DNA of 62,413 nucleotides, the filler included, from Squatina squatina (Eukaryota): NCBI GenBank assembly GCA_031763465.1. It is 4 parts of 3 records of this genome, joined end to end, with 100 filler letters (N's around TTAATTAATTAA, not from the genome) between each part and the next. Parts side by side here need not be neighbours in the genome. Positions count along the whole stretch, not along the records: positions 1 to 22,435 come from JARFOE010000001.1; 3 more parts are not named here. One strand, given 5' to 3'. A program made the translations under genes and the position numbers. The notes below the pieces were generated by a model, which was given only the letters and a program-made list of their open reading frames with translations, was not told the origin of the DNA and searched no databases. Shown piece after piece: positions 1 to 11,875 of the stretch. The first letter of the stretch is position 1. Each line of letters starts with the position of its first letter.

Positions 1-3000
1 GTTAGAAGCAGAGTAAAAGTTTGTATTCCATCCCAACCATTAGCCTCATCCTCAGTTTCAAATACAACCCTCTTTTCAATATGAATGGCTTTTTCTTTTA
101 TTTCTCATGTCAGCTATCCTTGGGCTTCTCTCAGTGAGATACCAATTCAGCGTACTCACTAACTTTTTACTAAGGGCCACAAGTCTAAGCAGTGTCTTGC
201 CTGTAGGGCACTCTTAGGAATGCTCCAACATATTGCACCAGTAAACGATGGTACATAGGTTTGCAAAGGAGGTGAATGGGAAAACTTTAAGGTGGTAGGG
301 TTCCATTATAGTGATAGGATCTATTCCTATCATTTGGTCTGTAGATGGTGAAAAAAACCTTGCTTGCTAATAGCGTTGCCTTATTTTTTCTTGCTGCATA
401 AGGGAAATAAACATTGTTGAATTGATGTTAATGTTCCACAGATGAACAGGTTAAGAATGGAGGCCTGGAGACTCATACAGCAGCAGGTCTGGGAAGGCGG
501 GCTATTCATTATATGAGTACCACTGCAAATTCTGAAAACAATGAAGAATGATGGTGATGGGGTGGAGTACTTTTTACTCAAAATATATGAATAGAAAACT
601 ATCGTGAGGTTGGGTGCTCTTGGGGCATTCCATAGTTGTGACTTCTGTTGAATGAGCCCCACAGAGACACAGATGGCTTAGCCTAGTCAGTGATATTACA
701 GGAGTGGCCTCGAGGATATGTATGTCACATAGGAATTGGGGTAGTACTTTATTCTCCCTAAATATTTCTTCCTTTTTAAAGAACCAAAACAGTTAAAACC
801 CATTCAGAAAACATATCAGATGTAATATTAAAATCCATTTTGTATGCAAACTGAACATCAATGAGTTGCAAACATACTGCACTAAATTAAAAATTCTTTG
901 CCTCTGGTATGAAAGTAATATGTCCAACCTGTTTTGTCTGTGATTGACAGTGCAACCTGCACTCCTGTAAATTTCAGTTCGTACCGGTACAAACTAATTA
1001 CTCGACTGGCTTGAACTGGTCTTGAGTGGTACATGATGGAACATGCTAGGAATACTAAATAAGGCAAGTAAATTGGACTTCATTAAATGGGGCATAATAC
1101 ATTTCCATTTTAAAATAGAGTTCAAAGCAGATTCTACTGGATCCTCCAGTGTGGCAGCCTGATCATAGCAGTTAGAAAAATTCCATTTGTATTACTTTTA
1201 AATTCCTGTGGTGATATTTTCACACAAAATAGAGTTAATGATCCTGAATATGGGGGAGTCAAAAAACAGTGGGCATAAATTCGAGATAGTCACTGATAAA
1301 TCCAATGNNNNNNNNNNNNNNNNNNNNNNNNNNNNNNNNNNNNNNNNNNNNNNNNNNNNNNNNNNNNNNNNNNNNNNNNNNNNNNNNNNNNNNNNNNNNN
1401 NNNNNNNGGAAGTGAATGATATAGCAAGCCCTTTCTACTTTAGTTTATAAATAAGCTGGTAAAACTTTAGCCCTCTGCACCATCCCAAGCTATCATGGGA
1501 AGAGGTTTCTTTTGGCTGCTATGTGTTAGCAACACTGGTATTTTCAACAAAATTATAAAAATGTCCTTTTAAAATTTGTTTGTAATTTCACCATAAGTAA
1601 TCTACCATTATGTTTACAACATCACCGGCACATAGAAAACAGAAACCCTCCCCCATGCCTTTAAAAAAAAAATTATTTGAAAATTGGTCGATGTTCCACA
1701 TCATCTACAATCAGATGCAGAGCATGTGGTTTGCTTCAGCCCATTTCACCATTTTGTACTAATGAAAGGGTTAAAAAGCTTTTTGTCTTCTTAGACAGTT
1801 TATAATTTCTGGTTTGGGATTAATAACACAAAGCACCTATTCTACTGGGCATCATTAGCAGCTTCATTTCCTCCTCCTTATCTGTCAATGAAAGGGTTCT
1901 GTAAACACCTCATGGCCAGTAATCTCTCTGGGAGTGTAGCAGTACTGTAACAGCAACAAGGATTGATCGGTCTGAGAATAGGGACACATTCTAAGGATTA
2001 CACTATTGGATGGATCCATTTTTTTTATTTTCAACAATTACAGTTGCAGCTTTTTAAGCAAAATTGGAGGAAATTACATTTGCAGAGAAATAAATGAGAA
2101 TTGTTTACTCTGTAGAGCCAGTCCTGTTACTTTTGAGTAGGATAATACATTAAAGAAAACCAATATTTTTCTTTGTTTATCTTCATTGTGAATGCATCCC
2201 CATGGCAGAAATAGTCAAACCTTCTTTAACGACAACCGGCATAGAAATACCACCCGTCTATAAACACCATATTTTTAGTATTCCTTGATTAGTGNNNNNN
2301 NNNNNNNNNNNNNNNNNNNNNNNNNNNNNNNNNNNNNNNNNNNNNNNNNNNNNNNNNNNNNNNNNNNNNNNNNNNNNNNNNNNNNNNNNNNNNNGATACA
2401 GTTGCATTATTTTATAGGCCCTTTGCTTTCCAGACAGTGGTTGAATACAGGGCCCCAGACTTTACAGACAAATCCTTGTGATGTCTTCTCACCATCTGTT
2501 AGCAAACCGATCGAGCTCAGTCGTAAATTGTAGCATCCTCCTGTAAATTGAAAGTCTAAAGTACTTTCATGGCATTTTGTTTGCAACAGGAAGTCAGCTG
2601 ATGGCTTAACCTCCCTCCGGGATAAGTCATGAGTGGGCTGTGGCCTCCAGTAATTTGGTGTTATGTGCAGTAGCTTGTAATAACAAGATCCTGAAGAAAA
2701 GGGAGCACTTCTAACTAGTGGTGCAGAGACTAATCTGTTAACAATAGATTACAACACAGCCTTTATGGTTAAACCCCTATTTTAGCAGAACTAAAAGACG
2801 TTAGAGATTTGAAATCGATTCATGTGTATGTAGATTGTCGATCATATAAGTGAGCGAGGCAGTGTCTTGAGGGAGCTGACCTAAATTAATATTGAAGATC
2901 CCACCATGTCCATTTTTCTGTTGTCAGGAGATGATAGTCAAGTTATCATGTATCCCACTGGCTTTTCTGTAATTTTTTTTAATATGTTGCCATGCTCTTT

Positions 3001-3203
3001 GAAGTCAAACAGTCTGATTTGAGCTGAATGTGTCCAGCTTGTTACAATTTCAAAGTAAAAAATCCATGATTGCTGCCATATTGGATAACCCTCGACTGGT
3101 CTCNNNNNNNNNNNNNNNNNNNNNNNNNNNNNNNNNNNNNNNNNNNNNNNNNNNNNNNNNNNNNNNNNNNNNNNNNNNNNNNNNNNNNNNNNNNNNNNNN
3201 NNN

Positions 3204-3440
3204 ATGTTCTATGTTCTATGTTTACAAATCCCTCCATGGCCTCGCCCCCTCCCTATCTCGCTAATCTCCACCAGCCTCACAACCCCCCGAGCTGTCTGCA
3301 CACCTCTAATTGTGTCCTCTTTAGCATCCCTGATTATAATCGCTCAACCATTAATGGCCGTGCCTTCTGTTGCCTCGGTCCTAAGCCCTGGAATTCCCTG
3401 CTTAAACCTCCCTGCCTCTCCGCCCCTCTCTCCTCCTTTA
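3204..3440 (+). mobile_element. L2-clade LINE 3' fragment
   Basis: Encodes YKSLHGLAPSL.. and GRAFCCLGPKPWNSL, typical of the L2 ORF2 C-terminus. Confidence 0.75.
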
Positions 3441-3450
3441 ACATCGAAAT

Positions 3451-3605
3451 ATAGAAGATAGGAGCAGGAGTCGGCCATTCGGCCCTTCGAGCCTGCTCAA
3501 CCATTCAATGAGATCATGGCTGATCATCCAAACTCAGCCCCCTGTCCCTGCTTTCTCCCCGTATCCTTTGATCCCTTTCATATCAAGAAATCTATTTAAC
3601 TCCTT
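3451..3605 (-). mobile_element. CR1-type LINE/SINE 3' end
   Basis: ggagcaggagtcggccattcggcccttcgagcctgctc...agatcatggctgat. The same motif recurs at 21480 and 31860. Confidence 0.8.
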
Positions 3606-4764
3606 CTTTTTCTGGTTGTTATGACCAAGAACTCCAATTGGTTTGAAGCTCTGCTTCATTTTGTTTCACAATTTTAATCACATTTTCATTGGTTTGCACT
3701 TATTCTGTGTGCACTTCTTTCCTCGATTGCCAAGCAGAGGTAAAGTTACTTGCATAAAAAAACTGATAACTTTAAACAGTAGTACAGGTTAATGCTTTCC
3801 AGGAGAATGTTCTTTCAGCTTGTGTAGAGGTGGATGTCCATGAAAGGGGGTCAAAATGTGCTTTAAATGAATGACAGGAATGAAAATTATATTAAAAATT
3901 TTTTTTTTTAATAATGTAGTGAAATGCCTGCATTATACCAGTTAACCCTTTCACAGCTGTAGAAAAAGTTTGTCCCATTTGATTTTTGGAATGTAATTTA
4001 GCTCAGCTTTAGTTTTTTTCTATTATTCATTAGCCATCATTTTCTGCATGGCTTGATTTGTTCTCACTATGATCGTACTGGCTAAGATCATTTGAACTAT
4101 CTTTCTGTTGTGTAAAACGCAAGTTTCCCCTCACCTAACTCGTCCAAAGCTAATGCTGAATATTTTAAAGAGGAATAGAGATTAAAGCTTGCAACAGTCC
4201 ACAATGAGCCCTAACTCTTTGACCCTCATTAGCTCCCCTTTTCTTTACTTCTCTCATTTTACTCAATCTTTCGCGATTTCATATTTTTCTTTTATCATCA
4301 CTTTTTACTTCAATATTTTCGTTGTTTTGGTTGCTCTGTTTTATTCACTTTTCATTCTCACTTTAATTTTCTCATGATTTTGTGCCATTCTTCTCTGTTG
4401 TGTTTCTCTATAGAACATATCTATTATTTCAATTTGTCTGTATCAGTTTTTTACTGATTTTTTGTTTATTATCCCTCTACATGACTTGGTTCTATCCCCA
4501 TAATCTCCAGGTTCTCTGTCCAGATGATCTATTGGCCTCAGGCACTTCATTAGCAGCCTGTTTTATAATGTCATATCCACAAATCCTGCAATACAGCTTT
4601 ATATGAATTTTAAGCGATATTCTTCAGTTTAACTAGTTTGGAATAGTCTGAGAACTGTGAAGATCAATATAAAATGTTATTTGGATAATCTACGTTGAGG
4701 CACGTTTTCAAATCCATTCCATATTTTAGATGTCAACAACAACATTCCATGGTGCTTCACGGGA

Positions 4765-4842
4765 GTGTTGGCATTCATAGCAAGAGGATTTGAGTATAGG
4801 AGCAGGGAGGTCCTACTGCAGTTGTACAGGACCTTGGTGAGA
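4765..4842 (+). mobile_element. CR1 LINE ORF2 fragment
   Basis: Encodes LAFIARGFEYRSREVLLQLYRTLVR. Confidence 0.85.
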
Positions 4843-4942
4843 NNNNNNNNNNNNNNNNNNNNNNNNNNNNNNNNNNNNNNNNNNNNNNNNNNNNNNNNNN
4901 NNNNNNNNNNNNNNNNNNNNNNNNNNNNNNNNNNNNNNNNNN

Positions 4943-5119
4943 GGGTCTGTTTAGACGGACCGGGGTTTTGACTGTACTATATATATGTGTTTTCCCTCAC
5001 GCCACCAGGTTGTCTTTACCGGGGGCGAGGGTGTGTACCAATAAAGCTTGAGACAATTGAAACTGATAGAATCTGCCTGTGCCGATATTATCCTAGTCCC
5101 CTATAAATCCAATGTCACA
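4943..5119 (+). mobile_element. Possible 3' part of an LTR (Gypsy/ERV-like)
   Basis: TATA-like run at about 4977-4986, AATAAA at 5040-5045, terminal ...TGTCACA, CpG-rich. The 5' part is lost in a gap. Confidence 0.45.
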
Positions 5120-5324
5120 AACAAGTGTATGGTGGGGGAGGCCTCGAAACCACCCAGCCAAACCACCTACACCTATTTCTAAATTAGTAATTATTTTTAC
5201 TGTTTTGTCACATCTATTAATTCATGTGCCTCGTATGTTGTGTCACTATATACCTGTGACTAGAGAATGACCATTTCCTCCAGGTGAGGAGTCAATGCTG
5301 AGAAGTCATTACAATACAATTGCC

Positions 5325-5575
5325 ACTATGAGTGTGAGGATCAGATTCGGAGCAATTTCTTCACACAGAATCATTGGAGCATGGAATGCTTTGTCACAGA
5401 GAATTGGGGAGTGGTTCATGCATAGAACATTGCATCTTTTAAAAGAAAGCTAGGTAAATATTTGAAGCATGGCTATGTGGGGCAATGGGACTATTTTTGG
5501 ATTGCTATAGCAAAAAGCTAACACAGGTATGATAGGCCAACTGACTTCCTTCTGTGTTGTAAACTTCTATGGTTC
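5325..5575 (+). mobile_element. Old CR1 LINE 3' end
   Basis: ttcttcacacaga...tggaatgc (FFTQR..WN) motif and terminal cttctatggttct. Confidence 0.7.
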
Positions 5576-8500
5576 TGAAGAGTGGTTTGTGTTTTAGAAG
5601 GAATTGGGAAGTCATTGCCAACATGAAATAAGTCCGAACCACTAACAAGGGCCATTAGTTCATAAGCAACTTAACTTGCATTATTACATTGTGCGCTATG
5701 GAGAGCTTTATTTGTTATATATTTATCTTATAGTACTGCTGCCACTTACAATCTCAGCTTGGCATAAATGCTGTCTGATAGAGTAGAGAGTGAACACTAG
5801 AGGTGTTTTTGCCCCATATTCCTGAAGCAGCAGAATTAGTGCTAACTACCATTCATTAACCGCCACCCTCCCCTGTACGGGGCACCAACATTTTTGATAA
5901 TGTTGGGCTATGTGTACATTCCTCAGTCATCAGTGAAAGTCTGGCAGCCAGAACTAAAAGTAGTGATCATGACTTTCTAATGAATATTTATGTACAAGCT
6001 TGAGCATATGCAGTAGTTTTTGTGTTGCCACATGTGCTGCGGAATCTGCCCCGCAGTGTAAATGGAGAAGATTCTAGAAGTCTGGCAGCCAAGACAAACA
6101 GAACCACTTCCATTGAAGTGGTTTTGTATGATGTAAACTCGCTATTACTGTCAGCAGCAAATTTCCATGAGAAAACAAGTTGTCAGGAAGAGTGGTTGAG
6201 GTCATAAAAAGCATTAACGGCCATTTATGAGGAGAGCTGGGAGAATCCAGTGAAATGTTACCCCCTAGCAGTTAGAAGATCAGTTCTACAGGTACGTGTT
6301 AGCTTTGGGTGATGTAAAAATACTACTTTTCCTTTCTGCAGTTTAACAACAGTTTAGCGAAAATGGACCATTGTCCTTTGCAATACAGAAGCTGTAGATT
6401 TATTACTAATCTGCCTTGACTTAACGCAAAGGCTAGCATTAGCAATTATCTACAATTGCAGTAATCTCCTCAAAGTCTGATATTACACTAACAATTATTT
6501 CAGTATGCTATGATGTCAAAAATAGGATAGAATGTTCTGATCCAGAATGTACATCCAAACCATTTAGAATCATAACGGGTGATTTTCAACCCCTTCAGAT
6601 GATATATAGGCATAGAGCTTCATTGATGCCACACCCATTTTGCAAGCATAAAATGGGCTCCTAAGCAGGCATGTGCATGCACATTCTGTGCTGGCGGTGT
6701 GCTGCCTGCAATCTCCTCTTCTTCTCTTCTTAGGCAGTCCCCCAAAGTCGAGGATGTGNNNNNNNNNNNNNNNNNNNNNNNNNNNNNNNNNNNNNNNNNN
6801 NNNNNNNNNNNNNNNNNNNNNNNNNNNNNNNNNNNNNNNNNNNNNNNNNNNNNNNNNNTTCCTGTTTTTAACTTATTTTTGAAGCACTACTTACGGCTCT
6901 GTCTGAACAGAAATGCATTTCAAAGATGCAATGAATACTAAAAAAAAGGAAAAATGATGAAAACCCCCTGAATTTTACACTTGACAAAGTTAAATACGAC
7001 ATAACAATGCAACCTCCACACAAATGGAAATACATACGTTTCACACAAGTCTGGGATTGCACAGCTGTTCCTAACTGTTACAAAATTTCCAGACAAATGA
7101 TTTTAACATTCGGCTATGACCATGGTTATACCATGGTTAGCAAACCATTCAATTGAAAACACAGAACCATTGCTTTTGCCAACAAGTACATAAATTAGCA
7201 CTTTAAACTTGATTCCAAGACAGTTCAAAGGAGATCCTTAATGGTTTACCAGCCAGTCTGGTGCCGGCTGTCATTTTAGATTTAAAGAGACATGGTATGT
7301 GATAATTTTCCTCATTCATTACAGATGCCATCTGTAATGAATAGGGAAATTTCCCTTTCTCTACAATTCAAATTTGGAACAATTTCTTGCTGTATAATAT
7401 TCACAGCAATAATTTTGAGCTATGGGAGTATTATTAATTGCTCCAATATTACCTTATGTTGTTGCTCACCTGATAGCTGCTGTATAATCAAACAGCTATG
7501 GCTGTGCCAGCTACCTCATTTTCTCTATGCTGGCAGATAGCCTGTGTGTCTTACCAGTGTTTTGAGAATCAGTATAAAATGGGTGAACGTTAGCTGTGTC
7601 ACTGAATTAACATGACATCCTGTCAGACTATAATGAAAAGCTGACTTTTTTGCATGGCTTCTGTGGCAAACCCTCCCTTCAAGCCTCTATAATATATACT
7701 TGCTGTTCACATCAGAGCCTTCACGGAATATGCAGCACTTATCATTTTGCTTGGTCTGAGTAAGTTGGCAGTCTGAGGATTGACCAAATTTTCAATCATG
7801 TACACCTAACAGATCCTATTGAGATGTCAAAGCTTCGTTAAGTCGTATGATGTCGCAAACATGCATTGTTATAGTTCCTCTGGAGTTCCGCCACCAGCCC
7901 ATCCCCACCAAACCTCTCGGCCTTTCCACCTTGCATTTTTATAGTTTCACAACTTGTCCCATTCCTGGGTTGAGACATTAAACTGAGGACTGCTTGCTTG
8001 TTCCTGTTGTTCAGGTGGGTCTTGAAGTGTCCTATGGCCCTTCTCAAAAGAGAGCAGTGAACTCTCAATCGATCAACTCTCACCCCCATCAGACAAAAAT
8101 GGACTCTAAACCAAATACAGTGATATTAGGAGGGAGAGACTTGGTCAAAGAGGTGGGTTTTAAGGAGGGTCTTAAAGGATAAGGTGNNNNNNNNNNNNNN
8201 NNNNNNNNNNNNNNNNNNNNNNNNNNNNNNNNNNNNNNNNNNNNNNNNNNNNNNNNNNNNNNNNNNNNNNNNNNNNNNNNNNNNNNTCATACGCTTATTA
8301 TAAACCACTCGTCAACCTGTGTCATACACTCATTTCATAATTTTCAAAGAAAGCAAATGCAATCAGCGAAGTGCCCAACTAAAAAATTCTTTTCTTTTTT
8401 GGACATGCCATGTACTTCTGGCATTGCAATGAACTGAACTGCTAAGCTGAAGCAAACTCATCATGCTGCATTCTTTTGCTAGGTATTACTCACCCCCATT

Positions 8501-9246
8501 TATTACATACATTAACACTCACTTAAATTTTACAACAAATGTTTTTGAAAATCAGTCTTTCTTTTGAAGTTAAATCAGTAATTCAAATAACCACAAAGTT
8601 GTTGTTGTCCGCCTAGTTTTTGTTCCCTCCACCGCAGCAGAGCTTTCCATATTGTGCAGATTCAAACCTCACATCTGTCTAGGAACATGCCAAAAATGTA
8701 TTTATTTATTTCTAAAGGACACAGAAAACAATGTTACAAAATTTCAACTGTCAAGGCATTGAATCAGGCAAACTTTGTTGATGATACAGCCCAGCAGTAT
8801 GCACTGTGGAAAGGCTGAGAATGATGTGGGTGTCATACAAGATCTGTACAGCATTTCTGCAACTGCTGTACTAATCTGAGGTTCTGATCAAATATTCATA
8901 TATTGCTTCCCCAAGAATATATAGCTAATTCAGTTCATTGCAATGTCACCAGCTCAAACTGGCTACTTGTCCATGTTCATTACTTGCACCTGAGCTCCTT
9001 TTCCCTTGTCAACTCCTTGAGACTGAGCAAATCTGTTTTACCTTGAAGCAAAATTGGCCATATTCATCCTCAGCGCACACTGCGTGACCAGCCTGAGATC
9101 ATCTGTTACAACAGCTGTGCGTGTCATACATCCGCATTCATCGTCCNNNNNNNNNNNNNNNNNNNNNNNNNNNNNNNNNNNNNNNNNNNNNNNNNNNNNN
9201 NNNNNNNNNNNNNNNNNNNNNNNNNNNNNNNNNNNNNNNNNNNNNN

Positions 9247-9916
9247 CCACCTATGCACTCCTGCTCCCTCCTGGTGTGAGCAACCTTGGTTCAGACGATG
9301 GTATGTAGCATTTGTTGAAGTATTCATTCACCCTGACTACCTGAGTGAAATCGTTAAATTTCTTCCTGCACTGTATGAGGGTCCTGGGGACCACAATGCT
9401 GCCCGAGATGTGCTGCGTTACCTTCCTCCACATCATGTGGAAGACTTGCAGCGAGCGCCTCCTGTCACTTGCCGGGTAGAGCACCGCCCTCCGTCTCTCC
9501 ACATCGAAAACCAACACCTCCAATGCTTGATCACAGAATCTGCGGGCTCTCTTCCTGGGTCCCACCTGGTTCAGTCCTCCGGCTCCTCCTTATTCTGCTT
9601 CTGCTTGCTGAGGCAGCTGCACAGCCAATAATGCTGAGAATGAGGTGCTGCAGCATCAATGAACCTCCCATTAAGTAGTGAAATAATCACTGTGGCAATC
9701 ATGACTTGCAATTAGGCTGCACCTGATATTGCTCCACTGTTTTTGAGAATAACGCCAATGAGCTTGGGTTTTAAGACTTAAATTAGGACTTCAATCATTT
9801 TATTGAGCAGTGAGCCCAAATTTTTTGTGCAGTCTAAAGCATTAGTGCCTGCCGCTAATTCTCCAACATTTCTACTGACACCGCCCATTCCTTGGCTATA
9901 ATAAATTTCCAGCCCC
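9247..9916 (-). mobile_element. PIF/Harbinger transposon remnant encoding a Myb/SANT-like DNA-binding domain (coding part 9332-9565)
   Basis: Translation RKRARRFCDQALEVLVFDVERRRAVLYP...WRKVTQHISG...RTLIQCRKKFNDF followed by donor AGG|gtgaat. Terminus GGGGCTGGAAATTT (minus strand) at about 9903-9916. Confidence 0.8.
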
Positions 9917-10079
9917 TTGTTTTTAGGAAGGTGAGAAGCCCTGTAATTTTTAAAGAAATTACCACATAGTTCTAATTTAAGAATTAATGGGACTACTGGA
10001 GGCTACCACTGGAAAGCTAAGATACAACTTCTGTACTTACCTTATTGTGGAACAGGGTTGAGTCGTCGTAACTTAGTTG

Positions 10080-10555
10080 AGTGCCAGGCAATGACTATCT
10101 CCAACAAGCGAGAGTCTAACCACCGTCCCTTGACATTCAACAGCATCACCATTGCTGAATCCCCCACCATCAACATTCTTGTGTTCATCATTGACCAGAA
10201 ACTTAACGGAAACAGCCACATAAATACTGTGACTAAAAGAGCAGGTCAGAGGCTAGGTATTCTGTAGCGACTGTCTCACCTCCTGACTCCCCAAGCCTTT
10301 CCACCATCTACAAGGCACAGCTTAGGGGTGTGATGGAATACTCTCTACTTGCCTGGATGAGTGCAGCCCCAACAACACTCAAGATGCTCGACACTATCCT
10401 GGACAAAGCAGCCCACTTGATTGGCACCCCATCCACCATCGTAAACATTCATTCTTTCCACCGCCTGCACACCGTGCCTGCAGTGTGAACCATCTAGAAG
10501 ATGCACTGCAGAAACTCGCCATGGCTTCTTCAGCAGCACATCCCAAACCGCTGGG
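10080..10555 (+). mobile_element. CR1-group LINE, ORF2 C-terminal fragment (second family)
   Basis: Encodes CQAMTISNKRESNHRPLTFNSITIAESPTINIL...DQKL..SHINTV..RAGQRLGIL. The same family occurs on the minus strand at 59160-59694. Confidence 0.8.
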
Positions 10556-11324
10556 TTAAAAGCCTGGAACTCACTCCCGAACAGCACATTTTAATCTCCT
10601 TTTTGAAGAAAGGAAGGAGGAGTACAAGTGACATTAAACCTTTCCAGCAGTCTGCCCATTCATCTGTCTACTCCGCTAAAAGTGAAAAAAATAAAACAAA
10701 GAATGGCTTTATTCATTTTACAATCAAGGTCCCTAGAGTGCTAGTATGGTTCCTTTTGAAGTGCTGTTTAATCTGACAGGAAATAAAACAACAACAGAAT
10801 CAACTATTTAAAAAATTGACAGAAACAAAATAGAAAAATGGATTCAGAAATCGACACTAAATTTTATGGGCAGGTGCCTTGGCACTAAATTTCTTTCAGT
10901 CTTGAAATTTAATCTGGTCAACTTTTTTGTAAATGGTAATGTCAATTTTAATTAAAAAATGATAGAAGCAAAGTATGCAAGAAATGTCTTCACAGATGTT
11001 CACCAACTTTTACAGTTCCATATAGAGTTTCATCTGATTTTTTAAAAAAGTTAATTTAGTTTCAGTTACTTTTAACAAAAGGAATTGGAAACAAAGTTAC
11101 TCTGGCATGGCTCTTCAAAGTCATTGGGAAATTCTCGAGAGGATCAGCTTCATTTAAAAATGGTGGTTGATCTAATTAAAACTAGGATAACATTTAAAAT
11201 GCCAACACATTTACTCGTGCTTTGACAGGAAATACAATGGGCATTTCAATACTTTCATGCATATATATTTAAGATGTAGTCTGGGACGCTTGTCACTTTT
11301 CTTAACAGCAGGACGTAGTGTTTT

Positions 11325-11875
11325 TTTTAAATCTTTCCTGGGATGTGGACGTGGATCAGCATTTATTGCCCAGCCCTAATTGCCCTTGAGACTGCCTTGT
11401 CTTCTTGAACCGCTGCAGTCCGTGTGGTGAAGGTACTCCCATAGTGCTGTTAGGNNNNNNNNNNNNNNNNNNNNNNNNNNNNNNNNNNNNNNNNNNNNNN
11501 NNNNNNNNNNNNNNNNNNNNNNNNNNNNNNNNNNNNNNNNNNNNNNNNNNNNNNTCACTCCTCAGCCTTTTCTTTTCTAGAGAAAAGAGCTCCAGCCTGT
11601 TGTCCAGACATTCCTAACATCCTTTCAGTTCTGGTATCATCCTGGTGAATCTTTTTTGCACTTTCACCAATGCCTTTATATAATATGGAGATCAAAACTG
11701 TGGGCAGTACTCCCAAGTGTGGTCTCACCAAGGTTCGGTACAAGTTTAACATAACTTCTTTGCTTTTCAATTCTATCCCTCTAGAAATTAACCCAGTGCT
11801 TTGTTTGCTTTTTTTAAATGGCCTTAATAACCTGCGTCGCTACCCTTATGATTTGTGCATCTGTAACCTCAGATT
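11325..11875 (-). mobile_element. LINE 3' tail (11325-11454) and CR1 ORF2 fragment (11555-11875), separated by a gap
   Basis: cagcatttattgccca..cctaattgcccttgag tail, and translation KSKEVMLNLYRTLVRPHL. Confidence 0.8.

Noticed and set aside
4189-4606. Hydrophobic membrane-protein-like short ORFs
   Set aside because: A consequence of T-rich low-complexity intronic sequence (Phe/Leu/Ile codons), with no splice or homology support.
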